From a virus: DNA of 36,507 nt. Below, in pieces: positions 23,137 through 30,857 of this stretch; position 1 is the stretch's first letter, and each line of letters starts with the position of its first letter. The position numbers and the translations under genes were made by a program. Location of the stretch: the IMG/VR virus record IMGVR_UViG_3300047321_000299; one strand, given 5' to 3'. Under the pieces are notes generated by a model. The model was given only the letters and a program-made list of their open reading frames with translations, did not search any database and was not told where the DNA came from.

Positions 23137-24035
23137 CGAACGTTCTCCTGGGGGTCGAGGCCGGCCGCGGCGGCGAACATGGCCTGCGCGGTGGCTACGC
23201 GGCCCTGGCGGCGAGGGCCTGCGGCGAGGGGGATCACGTCGGCTCCGGGCCCGGCGGGCTGCGCGGGGACGGTGCCGGGGGCGGGGAGCGCGGGCAGGGA
23301 CTGCCAGGCGCGCAGGAAGTACCGGGCGTGGCCTACGTCCTTCTTCGTGGCGGCCCTGACGGCGACGGCGGCGAGCATGTCGACACCGGAGCGCTTGATC
23401 AGGGCGTCGACCTTGAACCACTCACCGGGGGTGAGGTTCCACGGGACGTAGACGCGGGCGGCGGTGATCTGGCCGACCAGCTGCTCGGCGAACTGGGGGA
23501 TGACGGCCGAGGGCGGGCCCTCTTCCCTCACTCCTTCATTCACTCTCTCTATTGGGTGGTAGAGGGGTCCGGAATTCGGACCACAAGCGGTCTGAGATTC
23601 GGACCACAAACCGGCCTCGGGCTCTGCGGGTTGTGGTCCGGGATTCGGACCACTAGCGGGGGCGGTTGTGGTCTGAGATTCGGACCGGTAGCCGTTTGTG
23701 GTCTGAGATTCGGACCCCCGGGTGTCGTGCGTTTGCGGTCCGGATTTCGGACCGGTAGCGCGCACGTAGTCGACGGCTCCGGGGATGCGGTAGGTGGCCG
23801 CTCGACTGCCTGCGGCGGCCTCGGTGATCTCCAGCTCGCCGGACGCGAGGGCGGCCGCGACGGCGTCGAGGACGGTCGAGCGGGCCGCGTTGACCCTGCG
23901 CACCATTTCGGCGGTGCCCATGCGCACGGTGGCCGTGGCGTCGGGTGCTTTGTCGGCGACGGCGAGCAGGACGAGACGCGCGTTACCGCGGCTGCGGGAC
24001 CGGGTCCATACCCAATCCATGGCGTCGAGGGTCAC
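23133..24035 (-). CDS. Replication initiator / replisome-organiser-like protein (300 aa): N-terminal winged HTH, repeat linker, DnaD-like C-terminus
   Basis: GTG 24035 has a CAGGAGC SD. The N-terminus AMDWVWTRSRSRGNARLVLLAVADKA is typical of phage wHTH initiators. The C-terminus ...VGHARYFLRAWQSL resembles the ends of DnaD-type domains. The gene contains the iteron array. Confidence 0.65.
   Translation of the reverse strand: MTLDAMDWVWTRSRSRGNARLVLLAVADKAPDATATVRMGTAEMVRRVNAARSTVLDAVAAALASGELEITEAAAGSRAATYRIPGAVDYVRATGPKSGPQTHDTRGSESQTTNGYRSESQTTTAPASGPNPGPQPAEPEAGLWSESQTACGPNSGPLYHPIERVNEGVREEGPPSAVIPQFAEQLVGQITAARVYVPWNLTPGEWFKVDALIKRSGVDMLAAVAVRAATKKDVGHARYFLRAWQSLPALPAPGTVPAQPAGPGADVIPLAAGPRRQGRVATAQAMFAAAAGLDPQENVR
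23566..23753. repeat. Iteron array (6 x 17 bp, GGTCYG-N5-CGGACC), candidate origin of replication
   Basis: Copies lie at 23566-82, 23589-605, 23635-51, 23670-86, 23700-16 and 23737-53. Three are identical (GGTCTGAGATTCGGACC). Positions were cross-checked against the codon phase of the host ORF. Confidence 0.75.
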
Positions 24036-24108
24036 GGGGTGGTGCTCCTGTTCGGGGGCGTGGCGCCCGGGGCGAGGGGCGCGGCGGCTCGTTCTCGCCC
24101 CGGGGCCG

Positions 24109-24315
24109 TCACTGGGGGCGGCGGTAGAACGGGTGGGTGTTGGCGGGCTGGTGCTCGTCGCACATGGGGCCGCACGGGTACGGGCGGGCCGGTTGGGCGC
24201 CGCACCGGGGGTTGCCGTAGTTGCATGTGGGGGCGGGCCGGTCGGCGGGCGGCGGCCCGTTGTAGCGCTTGGCGGGCGAGGCGGCCGGTCGGCGACGGCG
24301 GGCGGCGGGCGTCAC
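24109..24315 (-). CDS. Small Cys-rich protein (68 aa)
   Basis: GTG 24315 forms a GTGA overlap with the HNH stop, and almost every third codon position is G/C. It contains CNYGNPRCGAQPARPYPCGPMC. Confidence 0.5.
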   Translation of the reverse strand: MTPAARRRRPAASPAKRYNGPPPADRPAPTCNYGNPRCGAQPARPYPCGPMCDEHQPANTHPFYRRPQ

Positions 24316-24899
24316 CCGGCGGCCCTGCGGGCTCTGTTGGCGTCCTCGTGGCACGTGCCGCAGTACGACGTGCCGTCGCTCGCGTAGCGGCGGTGGGTGG
24401 CGACGGCGTGGCCGCGGGTGCACTCGGTGATGCGGGGGGTGCGGCCGAGCAGGGCGCCGAACTGGGAGCGCACGCGGTTGCGGCCCTGCTCGTCTTCGAG
24501 GTGATCGGGCGCGACACAGTCGGGCCGGCCGCACTCCGGTTTGACGTAGCCGATGGGGTCGCGGCCGTGCCGGATCCGAAACGCCACGATGCGGGCGGTG
24601 TGGGTGCGCTCCCTGTACGTCATGACCGGTGTGGCGCCGACCTTGGTGCGTCGCCCGGTCCATTCGAGGTGTCCGCCGTCGCCCTCGGCGGGGCGGGTGT
24701 ACGTCGCCCACTTCTGCTCGATGGTGAGCGGCGAACGGTTCCGCGGCAGGGTACGGGTGGCGGGGGCGATGCCGAGCAGGCGGCGGTAGTGGGCCGGGGT
24801 GCTCTTGTCGACGTTCAGCTCGCGGGCGATGGCGCGGTTGGTGGCGCCCTCTTTCAGCAGCTCGACAATGCGGCTGCGGATGGCGTCAGAGATGGGCAT
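24312..24899 (-). CDS. HNH endonuclease with N-terminal HTH (195 aa)
   Basis: The HTH is IVELLKEGATNRAIARELNVDKST. The segment GGHLEWTGRR...ARIVAFRIRHGRDPIGYVKPECGRPDCVAPDHLE is an HNH_3-type signature. A GGAAGGA SD lies upstream. Confidence 0.8.
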   Translation of the reverse strand: MPISDAIRSRIVELLKEGATNRAIARELNVDKSTPAHYRRLLGIAPATRTLPRNRSPLTIEQKWATYTRPAEGDGGHLEWTGRRTKVGATPVMTYRERTHTARIVAFRIRHGRDPIGYVKPECGRPDCVAPDHLEDEQGRNRVRSQFGALLGRTPRITECTRGHAVATHRRYASDGTSYCGTCHEDANRARRAAG

Positions 24900-24915
24900 G
24901 CGGTGGTCCTTCCGG

Positions 24916-24940
24916 GGCCCGCCCCGGCGTGGGGCGGGCC
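24916..24940 (-). other. GC-rich intercistronic stem-loop, copy A of a duplicated element
   Basis: GGCCCGCCCC-ggcgt-GGGGCGGGCC forms a 10-bp perfect stem. It starts 8 nt after a TAA stop and is followed by the next gene's SD. Confidence 0.8.
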
Positions 24941-24947
24941 GGGGCGG

Positions 24948-25667
24948 TTACTGCTCGGCGGGGGCGAGGGCGGGCAGCACGATCGGGGCGAGGTCCCCGC
25001 GGCGCCACGCCTGGGCGACCAACTCGCGGCCGTCGACGGGCGACGACTTCGACGTGCGAGAGAACGTCATGCGGTGCGAGCGGGCGCGGCTGGGCCGGAT
25101 CTCGACTCCGGGCACGTCGTGGACCTCGCCCGTTTCCGGGTCGGCCCACTGCGTCACACCGGCCGCGGTCATCGCGGCGAGCATCAGCGAACTGAATGCC
25201 GGTCGCACGGACTTGACGATTTCAATCGTGGTCTCGGCCGGGTACGCCTCGGCGACCCATGCCCGAAACGCTGCGGCGTCGATGATCTGCGCGGCGGTCT
25301 CGCCACTGGTCCGGCTGATGGAACCGACCTTGGTGCCGTCCGGCAACGTCGCGTCGACCTTCGTCGTGCCGGTCGCCTCGTACTGCTGGTCGAGCAGGTA
25401 CTGAACGTCCGTCTTCGCGGCGGCGAGGGCCTCGCCGATCTCCTTGGACAGCGCGGCGAGGACGGCCTCGCGGGTAACGGCCTCACGGACGGCGGCCCGG
25501 TTGGCGGCGGCCCGCTCGGCTGCGGCGCGCTCGATCTGCTCGGCGGTCGGCTCCTGCTCGCCCTGCTCGGCGCGCTCGGCGGCGGCGAGGCGGGCGAGGC
25601 CGAGGCGCTCAACGATGGTGTCTTCGTGGTGCTTGTAGATCTGCTCGGCGAGGGTCTGCTCGGTCAT
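24948..25667 (-). CDS. Hypothetical recombination-module protein (239 aa); weak resemblance to Mu Gam-like architecture
   Basis: ATGA overlap with the erf stop. It has an N-terminal coiled coil and a C-terminal domain (..LPDGTKVGSI...GEVHDVPGVEIRPSRARSHRMTF). The Gam-like idea rests on architecture only. Confidence 0.7.
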   Translation of the reverse strand: MTEQTLAEQIYKHHEDTIVERLGLARLAAAERAEQGEQEPTAEQIERAAAERAAANRAAVREAVTREAVLAALSKEIGEALAAAKTDVQYLLDQQYEATGTTKVDATLPDGTKVGSISRTSGETAAQIIDAAAFRAWVAEAYPAETTIEIVKSVRPAFSSLMLAAMTAAGVTQWADPETGEVHDVPGVEIRPSRARSHRMTFSRTSKSSPVDGRELVAQAWRRGDLAPIVLPALAPAEQ

Positions 25668-26719
25668 GCGGTCGCCCCGTTCTGGCGGGCGGCGTCGAGC
25701 AGGTCGTCGCGCAGGGCGCGCAGGGCGGCGGTGGTCGCGGCCTGCGGTGCCGTCTTGTGGTGGGTGACCATGACGGCGTCGGCTTCCTCGCGGGTGAGGC
25801 CGGCGGACTTGGCGGCGTCGTACATCTCGCCGAGGGCGGCGGCGTGCTCCTGGTCCTCGACGACACCCGCGGCGGGGGCCTGCTGCTGCCGCTGCGGCTT
25901 GTTCGCGGCGGCCTGCTTCTGCGCGGCCACGGCGTCGAGGCTGGCGAGGTATTCCGGCGGCGCCCCGGCGGCGACGGCATCGGCGCGCACCTTGGCGAAC
26001 GCCTGCGGGCTGGGCGCGGCGGTCGCCTCGGCGAGGTAGTCGCGGCTCGGGGCCTGCTGTGCCGGGTCGGGCCCGCCACGGTTGGGGCGCTGCTGCCGCC
26101 CGTTCTGCGGGCGCTGCTGGTTGCGCTGCTGCCCGTTCTGCTGCCGCTGGTTGCGGCGCTGCTGGTTCTGCTGCCGCTCGGCGCGGTGCTCCTCGGACAC
26201 GGGGTGTTCGCGGTCGCCGTCGTCGATGCTGCGGCCGTCCACAGGCAGCATGAACAGGGTGAACAACAGGTACTTGAGCGCCGCGGACTGAGCCTTGTTC
26301 GTCGCCTTGTCCGCAAAGTCGAACGCCTCGCCCGGCACAGTCGCGATCAGGCAGTCACCCGCGGGCCCGTAGATGCGATACCGCATCATGATCATGGTCC
26401 GCGTCATCTTCCCGTCGCGGTCCTGCTTGTGGCTGGCGATGCTCGGCAGGATGAACACGCCGTGCGTCCGCATCGGCCCGGCCATGGCCGACATGACGTC
26501 GTCGATACCGCGGAAGTTGTAGTTCTGCTGCGTGTTCTTCTGGTCCTTGCCCACGGGCATCGCATCCCGCATGACGCCACCGATCGCAACGAAGACGCGC
26601 GGGGCGTCCGCGGGGGCGCCCTCGGGTGCGGGCTCGTAAGTGACCTCGACGGCGGGCAGGTTGGCGGACGGCATCGGCGCGGCGGGCGAGTATCCGGGGT
26701 GCAGTGCGGTGACGGTCAT
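25664..26719 (-). CDS. erf: ERF-family single-strand annealing protein (351 aa)
   Basis: VGKDQKNTQQNYNFRGIDDVMSAMAGPMRTHGVFILPS matches the ERF core pattern. A Gln/Arg-rich low-complexity linker follows. Confidence 0.8.
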   Translation of the reverse strand: MTVTALHPGYSPAAPMPSANLPAVEVTYEPAPEGAPADAPRVFVAIGGVMRDAMPVGKDQKNTQQNYNFRGIDDVMSAMAGPMRTHGVFILPSIASHKQDRDGKMTRTMIMMRYRIYGPAGDCLIATVPGEAFDFADKATNKAQSAALKYLLFTLFMLPVDGRSIDDGDREHPVSEEHRAERQQNQQRRNQRQQNGQQRNQQRPQNGRQQRPNRGGPDPAQQAPSRDYLAEATAAPSPQAFAKVRADAVAAGAPPEYLASLDAVAAQKQAAANKPQRQQQAPAAGVVEDQEHAAALGEMYDAAKSAGLTREEADAVMVTHHKTAPQAATTAALRALRDDLLDAARQNGATA

Positions 26720-27090
26720 CGGCTGGTCCTGTTCGCGGTGTTGCGGATGTGGGCGGCGAGCTTGGTAATGCGGGTGGCGAGGGTGATTGCGTCGTCCGGG
26801 CCGAGCAGGGGGTCGGCCTGGTGCTCGTCGGGGAGGTCGGCGAGCAGGGCCTCGCGGGTGCCGTCGGCCTCGGCGGCGCGCATGTGCCGTTCGTGGTCGG
26901 GCATGTCGTCGGAGACTTCGGCGTGGTCGAGGCGCAACACCGATGCGGCGTGCCGGGCGAGCAGGTGCCCGAACGTGACGGGGTCCTCGGCGTAGGCGAT
27001 GGCGACGTCGTCGAGCAGCGGGGCGAGCAGCTGGTCGCGGACGGGGATACGGACGTGGCGGCCGTCGGCGGTGAGTCCGGGGCGCATCAT
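26716..27090 (-). CDS. Hypothetical early protein (124 aa)
   Basis: The internal ATG-ATG at 27090 forms an ATGA overlap. The track ORF N-terminus is Arg/Pro junk. Confidence 0.65.
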   Translation of the reverse strand: MMRPGLTADGRHVRIPVRDQLLAPLLDDVAIAYAEDPVTFGHLLARHAASVLRLDHAEVSDDMPDHERHMRAAEADGTREALLADLPDEHQADPLLGPDDAITLATRITKLAAHIRNTANRTSR

Positions 27091-27497
27091 CGGGCGGCCT
27101 GCGCGGTGTCGATGCCGAGGCCGGCCGGGACGGCGAGCGGCGGCGGGGTGGTGAGCTGGCCGGTGTGGGTGTCGTAGTCCTGCGGGCGGGTCCAGTCGGC
27201 GCCCGGGAACGCGTCGTGCAGCAGCTTGCGGGCGGCGCGGTGCGCGGCGCGGTCGGCGGCGAGGGGCTGGCCGAGGGCGTTGTCGAGGGTGACCCACGTC
27301 GACACGCGGGCGGTGCCGCTGCCGTCCGTCCACACGGGGACGGTGCGCACGGTGGTGATACCGGGGGCGATGCGGTCGAGCTCGGCGGCGAGGGCGGCGC
27401 GGTGGGCGAGGAAGGTGCGGGCTCCGCGGGCGCCTCGGATGGCGAGGTGGGCGCGCAGGGTGCGGGTATTCGTGCGGGTAATCTGCGGGGTGTTCAC
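27087..27497 (-). CDS. Hypothetical early protein (136 aa)
   Basis: GTG 27497 lies 8 nt after GAGGAG. Confidence 0.65.
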   Translation of the reverse strand: MNTPQITRTNTRTLRAHLAIRGARGARTFLAHRAALAAELDRIAPGITTVRTVPVWTDGSGTARVSTWVTLDNALGQPLAADRAAHRAARKLLHDAFPGADWTRPQDYDTHTGQLTTPPPLAVPAGLGIDTAQAAR

Positions 27498-27524
27498 GAT
27501 TCGTGTCTCCTCACGGGTCGTGGT

Positions 27525-27555
27525 GGGCCGCCCCGGGCGCAATCCGGGGCGGCCC
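27525..27555 (-). other. GC-rich intercistronic stem-loop
   Basis: GGGCCGCCCCGG-gcgcaat-CCGGGGCGGCCC forms a 12-bp perfect stem between genes 27566..27754 and 27087..27497. The arms are related to the 16196 and 24916 elements. Confidence 0.7.
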
Positions 27556-27565
27556 GCTGTCGTTT

Positions 27566-27754
27566 TCAGGCGGCGGCGCGGTGGGGTGTAGCGGTCTGGT
27601 GGCGCTGCTGGCGTTCGAGGCGGCGGCAAATGAGCTCGACCTCGGGGGCGAGGCGTCCGGCGGCGCGGTCGGCGTCGCGGCGGGCGCGGGCGGCGTCGAG
27701 GACGCGGCGGGCGTTCGCGAACGCCTGCTCGCGGGTGACCGTGGGGGCGGTCAT
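27566..27754 (-). CDS. Hypothetical early protein (62 aa)
   Basis: ATG 27754 forms an ATGA overlap with the Cro-like gene stop. Confidence 0.55.
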   Translation of the reverse strand: MTAPTVTREQAFANARRVLDAARARRDADRAAGRLAPEVELICRRLERQQRHQTATPHRAAA

Positions 27755-27990
27755 GCCGCGTCCGCGGTGTCTGCGGGGAACAGGGCGGCGGGGGTGACTC
27801 CGTAGGTGCGCTCGATGGCGGCGAGCGCGGGGCCGGCGGGGATGCCTCGGCCGCTGGTCCACCGACGGACAGTGGCGTAAGGGCAGTTGAGGCGGGCGGC
27901 GATCGCGACGGCGGTGTTGTCGCCGAGCTCGGCGGCGGCGGCGCGCAGGGGGCGGGGGTTGAACGGCACGGCGGTACCTCGCTGATTCAT
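27751..27990 (-). CDS. Cro-like / XRE-type HTH protein, first gene of the leftward lytic operon (79 aa)
   Basis: The start is the internal ATG at 27990. The HTH is NTAVAIAARLNCPYATVRRWTSGRGIP. The gene is divergent from the repressor gene across an A+T-richer switch region. Confidence 0.7.
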   Translation of the reverse strand: MNQRGTAVPFNPRPLRAAAAELGDNTAVAIAARLNCPYATVRRWTSGRGIPAGPALAAIERTYGVTPAALFPADTADAA

Positions 27991-28000
27991 GAGCGATCGT

Positions 28001-28039
28001 GTATCGATCACGGATGAAACATAACACGTATCGATCACG
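28001..28039. promoter_or_regulatory. Candidate operators: two copies of GTATCGATCACG (28001-12, 28028-39)
   Basis: This is an exact 12-mer direct repeat with 27-bp periodicity. It lies 11-49 nt upstream of the Cro-like ATG and brackets a TATGTT -10-like hexamer on the minus strand. Confidence 0.5.
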
Positions 28040-28247
28040 CATGGAACGACCAAGTGGAGGGGTTGACTCCGATGTGTGCGAGGTACGAGGCTTCGTAATG
28101 AGAATGTGAAAGAAGCGTGCTCAATCGAGCATGTGTGCGATAAGTTGTACGTGCAACTACTGGATAAGCGGGCGAGGGGGGACCTCGGCATGTGTGGAAT
28201 CTGTGCGCACCTGTCAAAAAACCGTTCATGCGCGATACATTGCCCGC

Positions 28248-28652
28248 ATGACAAGACCAGAGCCGCCCCTGACGGCGAGCATCGGCGAGTGGCTCGGATG
28301 GGCCCTCCCGCGCCGCGGGTACGACCTAGAAGAGCGCGGTAGCCGGGCGCGCTTCGCCGAAGCCTCCGGCATCCCCGTCGCGACGGTCTCACGACTCCTG
28401 CGGGACGCAGGGTCACCCGACGCCCGCACGCTCCTCGCAGTCGCCAAGACACTCGAAGTCCCGGTAATGCCGCTACTCGCGCGCGCCGGCCTCCTGCCAC
28501 TCGAAGAGCTCTACGAGTCCGACGCGCAAACCCCGACGAAGATCTCTTCACATGAAGCGCTAGCGGCCCTCGGCGTGACCGAAGAGGCCGACCAAATCGC
28601 AGTCCTCAGCATGATTCGCGCCCTCCGCGCAAAGGGGGAGAGCGCAACCTAG
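28248..28652 (+). CDS. cI-like XRE-family repressor (134 aa), probably leaderless
   Basis: The HTH is RARFAEASGIPVATVSRLLRDAGSPDARTLLAVAKTL. ATG 28248 has no SD. TACATT (28236-41) ends 6 nt upstream of it. The 39 codons further upstream in the track ORF are Cys-rich junk in the intergenic region. Confidence 0.75.
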   Translation: MTRPEPPLTASIGEWLGWALPRRGYDLEERGSRARFAEASGIPVATVSRLLRDAGSPDARTLLAVAKTLEVPVMPLLARAGLLPLEELYESDAQTPTKISSHEALAALGVTEEADQIAVLSMIRALRAKGESAT

Positions 28653-28664
28653 GAAGGTCCACCC

Positions 28665-28991
28665 GTGTCATCACGCACAACCCTGTACCTGACTGCCGCG
28701 CTTTCCGCCGGACTTCTCTTGATCGGCCTCACCATCCTGATCACCGGTGTACTCACGGACAGACGGGTCGGGTTGGTCATCCAGACCGGTACCACCACGA
28801 CCGCCATCGGCGTCATCGCCACCGTGGTCAACGGCTACCGGGCACTGAACGAATACATCACGTCACGCGTGGCGCACGCCGACAGCGCCGCACTCGTGAA
28901 GGCCATCGTTCAGCACGACGCCCAATTCACCGCGCCGAGCACCGTCGTTGAGTTCGACGCGGCACGACGTCAACGGGAGAACGCAACGTGA
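28665..28991 (+). CDS. Two-TM membrane protein in the lysogeny module (108 aa)
   Basis: GTG 28665 lies 8 nt after GGAAGG. The TM helices are LYLTAALSAGLLLIGLTILITGVL and TTTAIGVIATVV. About 20% of codons end in A/T, versus far fewer in neighbouring phage genes. Confidence 0.7.
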   Translation: MSSRTTLYLTAALSAGLLLIGLTILITGVLTDRRVGLVIQTGTTTTAIGVIATVVNGYRALNEYITSRVAHADSAALVKAIVQHDAQFTAPSTVVEFDAARRQRENAT

Positions 28992-30610
28992 CAGCAGGAC
29001 CAACTCAGCACGTGCCAAGCACGTTCCAGGGCTTGCCGACCGATGAGGACGGCGAGCCCTGGCTCGGTTATATCCGGGTGAGCACGTGGAAAGAGGAGAA
29101 GATCAGCCCCGAGCTGCAAGAGGCAGCCCTACGGGCGTGGGCAAAGCGCACCGGGCGCCGCCTGCTCGAACCGTTCATCACCGACCTCGACGCCACCGGC
29201 CGGAACTTCAAGCGGCGCATCATGGGCGCCATCAAGCGCGTTGAGGACGGCGAGGCGCGCGGCATCGCCGTATGGAAATACAGCCGCTTCGGCCGCAGCC
29301 GCGACGGTATCGCCGTCAACCTCAAACGCCTTGAGGACGCGGGCGGGACGCTGGAGTCTGCGACCGAGGAGGGCGACGCGCGTACGGCGACCGGCCGACT
29401 GCAACGCGGGATCCTGTTCGAGTTCGCGGCATATGAATCCGACGTGCGCGGCGAGCAGTGGAAGGAGACCCATGACCACCGCCGCTACAAACTGCACCTG
29501 CCCGCCACCGGCCGCCCCCGCTTCGGCTACATCTGGCACCCCCGCCGACTCCCCGACGGCCGCGGGGGCTGGACCACGCAAGAGGAGAGATACCTAGCCG
29601 ACCCGAAAACGGGGCCAGTCATGGCCGACCGATACCGGCAGTACACCGACGGAGACGCGTTCTATTCGCTCGTCGGCGAGCTCAACGCGGCCGGCCACCG
29701 GACGGTACGCGGCGGGCTGTGGTCCGAACAGACACTGATCCGGTACATGGACTCCGGATTTGCCGCAGGCCTGCTCCGCATCCATGACCCAAAGTGCCTG
29801 TGCAACCCAGAGACGCGCAACAACTGTCAAAACTGCCTGTTCGTCCCTGGGGCGCAAGAGGAACTGATCGATGCCGAGCTGTGGCAGCAGTACCGCGACC
29901 GCCGCGAGGAGGTGCGGAACACACCGCCGCGGGCCCGCCGTGCCACGTACATGCTGACCAACCTTGTCCGGTGCGGGCAGTGCCGCGGCACGACGCCCGC
30001 GAACTCTGCCGTGCGCGTCATCAACGACGTTCCGACCAACGTCCTCGGCTACTCGTACACATGCGGCCGGCGGGCGGTACAGGCCGCCCACGGCTGTGAC
30101 GGAGTATGGGTCAAGCGCGAAGACGTCGAGGCCGAGGTGTTGAAGTGGCTCGCCAAGGAGGCCGCCCCCGGAATCGACACCGCGCCGAGCATCCCTCAGC
30201 AGCGCATCGAGCAGCGCGACCACCGCGCCGCCGCCGCGCTCGACCGTGCCAGGCTGCAAGCCGAGGTCGACAAACATGCCGCCGCCCTCGCCAACCTGCG
30301 GGCCCAACGCGCAGCCGACCCGGACGAATTCGAGCCGGGCGAGTATGAGGCCGCCCGCGATCTCATCCGGAAGAAGCAGGCGGCGACGCAGGCCGCATTG
30401 GAACGGGTCTCTACCGTCGAGACCACCCCGCACCGCGCCGACTATGTGCCTCTGCTGGTCGGCACGGTCGCGGAGTGGCCGACGCTGGACACGCGCGGGA
30501 GAAACGGCCTACTCAAGCAGCTTGCGCGACGGGTGGCACTGGTACGCACCGAGGACGGCACAAAGGTCGTGGTGCATCCTGTGTGGGAGCCGGACCCGTG
30601 GGCCGAGTAG
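28988..30610 (+). CDS. int: Large serine recombinase (integrase, 540 aa)
   Basis: It has a resolvase-type N-domain (GYIRVSTWKEEKISPELQ..., GIAVWKYSRFGRS, RLQRGILFEFAAYES). It also has a recombinase domain, a Cys cluster (CGQCRG...CG...C) and a C-terminal coiled coil. The start forms a GTGA overlap with the upstream gene. Confidence 0.9.
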   Translation: MTAGPTQHVPSTFQGLPTDEDGEPWLGYIRVSTWKEEKISPELQEAALRAWAKRTGRRLLEPFITDLDATGRNFKRRIMGAIKRVEDGEARGIAVWKYSRFGRSRDGIAVNLKRLEDAGGTLESATEEGDARTATGRLQRGILFEFAAYESDVRGEQWKETHDHRRYKLHLPATGRPRFGYIWHPRRLPDGRGGWTTQEERYLADPKTGPVMADRYRQYTDGDAFYSLVGELNAAGHRTVRGGLWSEQTLIRYMDSGFAAGLLRIHDPKCLCNPETRNNCQNCLFVPGAQEELIDAELWQQYRDRREEVRNTPPRARRATYMLTNLVRCGQCRGTTPANSAVRVINDVPTNVLGYSYTCGRRAVQAAHGCDGVWVKREDVEAEVLKWLAKEAAPGIDTAPSIPQQRIEQRDHRAAAALDRARLQAEVDKHAAALANLRAQRAADPDEFEPGEYEAARDLIRKKQAATQAALERVSTVETTPHRADYVPLLVGTVAEWPTLDTRGRNGLLKQLARRVALVRTEDGTKVVVHPVWEPDPWAE

Positions 30611-30632
30611 TGGGGCACGGGCCCACGCATAA

Positions 30633-30688
30633 GGGGAGAGTGTTTTGATCACAGTGACCAGCGTGAGTGTGTCTAAAACACTCTCCCC
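30633..30688. other. Candidate attP for the serine integrase (56-bp imperfect palindrome)
   Basis: GGGGAGAGTGTTTT-28 nt-AAAACACTCTCCCC forms perfect 14-bp outer arms. The inner 28 nt are partly symmetric (8 of 14 pairs) around a non-palindromic centre. It lies 23 nt after the int stop. Confidence 0.5.
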
Positions 30689-30768
30689 CGTGCTCGCTCC
30701 GAGTGAGGCAAGGTCGGGCCGCTCCTGCCCCGGGGCGGCCCGCCACCTACAAGCCTGACATGCAGAAA

Positions 30769-30803
30769 CCCCCGACCATCTGACGGGGGCAGATGATCGG
30801 GGG
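30769..30803 (-). terminator. Rho-independent terminator of the small-protein operon
   Basis: The minus strand reads CCCCCGATCATCTG-ccccgt-CAGATGGTCGGGGG followed by TTTCTGC. The stem pairs 13 of 14 positions. Confidence 0.6.
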
Positions 30804-30857
30804 CGTGGAGCCCCGCCCGCACCCTGACCGCCGCCGGCCTCGGGTGCGCGCGGGAGA

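Noticed and set aside
23566-23753. CRISPR-like array interpretation of the 17-bp repeats
   Set aside because: The repeats are short and individually palindromic, and the spacers are irregular (6-29 bp). The whole array lies in frame inside a protein-coding gene and no cas genes are present. An iteron origin fits better.
24032-24711. Track ORFs 24032..24517 (161 aa) and 24109..24711 (200 aa)
   Set aside because: Both overlap the HNH gene out of frame with Pro/Arg-rich products. Only the last 68 codons of the second, starting at a GTGA-coupled GTG at 24315, look coding.
23328-26039. 903-aa plus-strand ORF. Similar cases are 6861..8558 (565 aa), 16103..17686 (527 aa), 25757..26995 (412 aa), 9884..11077, 10110..11468 and 19377..20492.
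   Set aside because: These run antisense to well-supported minus-strand genes (ERF, HNH, initiator, capsid, scaffold, MuF). Their products are Gly/Arg/Ala/Val-rich low-complexity with no motifs. Long stop-free antisense frames are expected at about 70% G+C.
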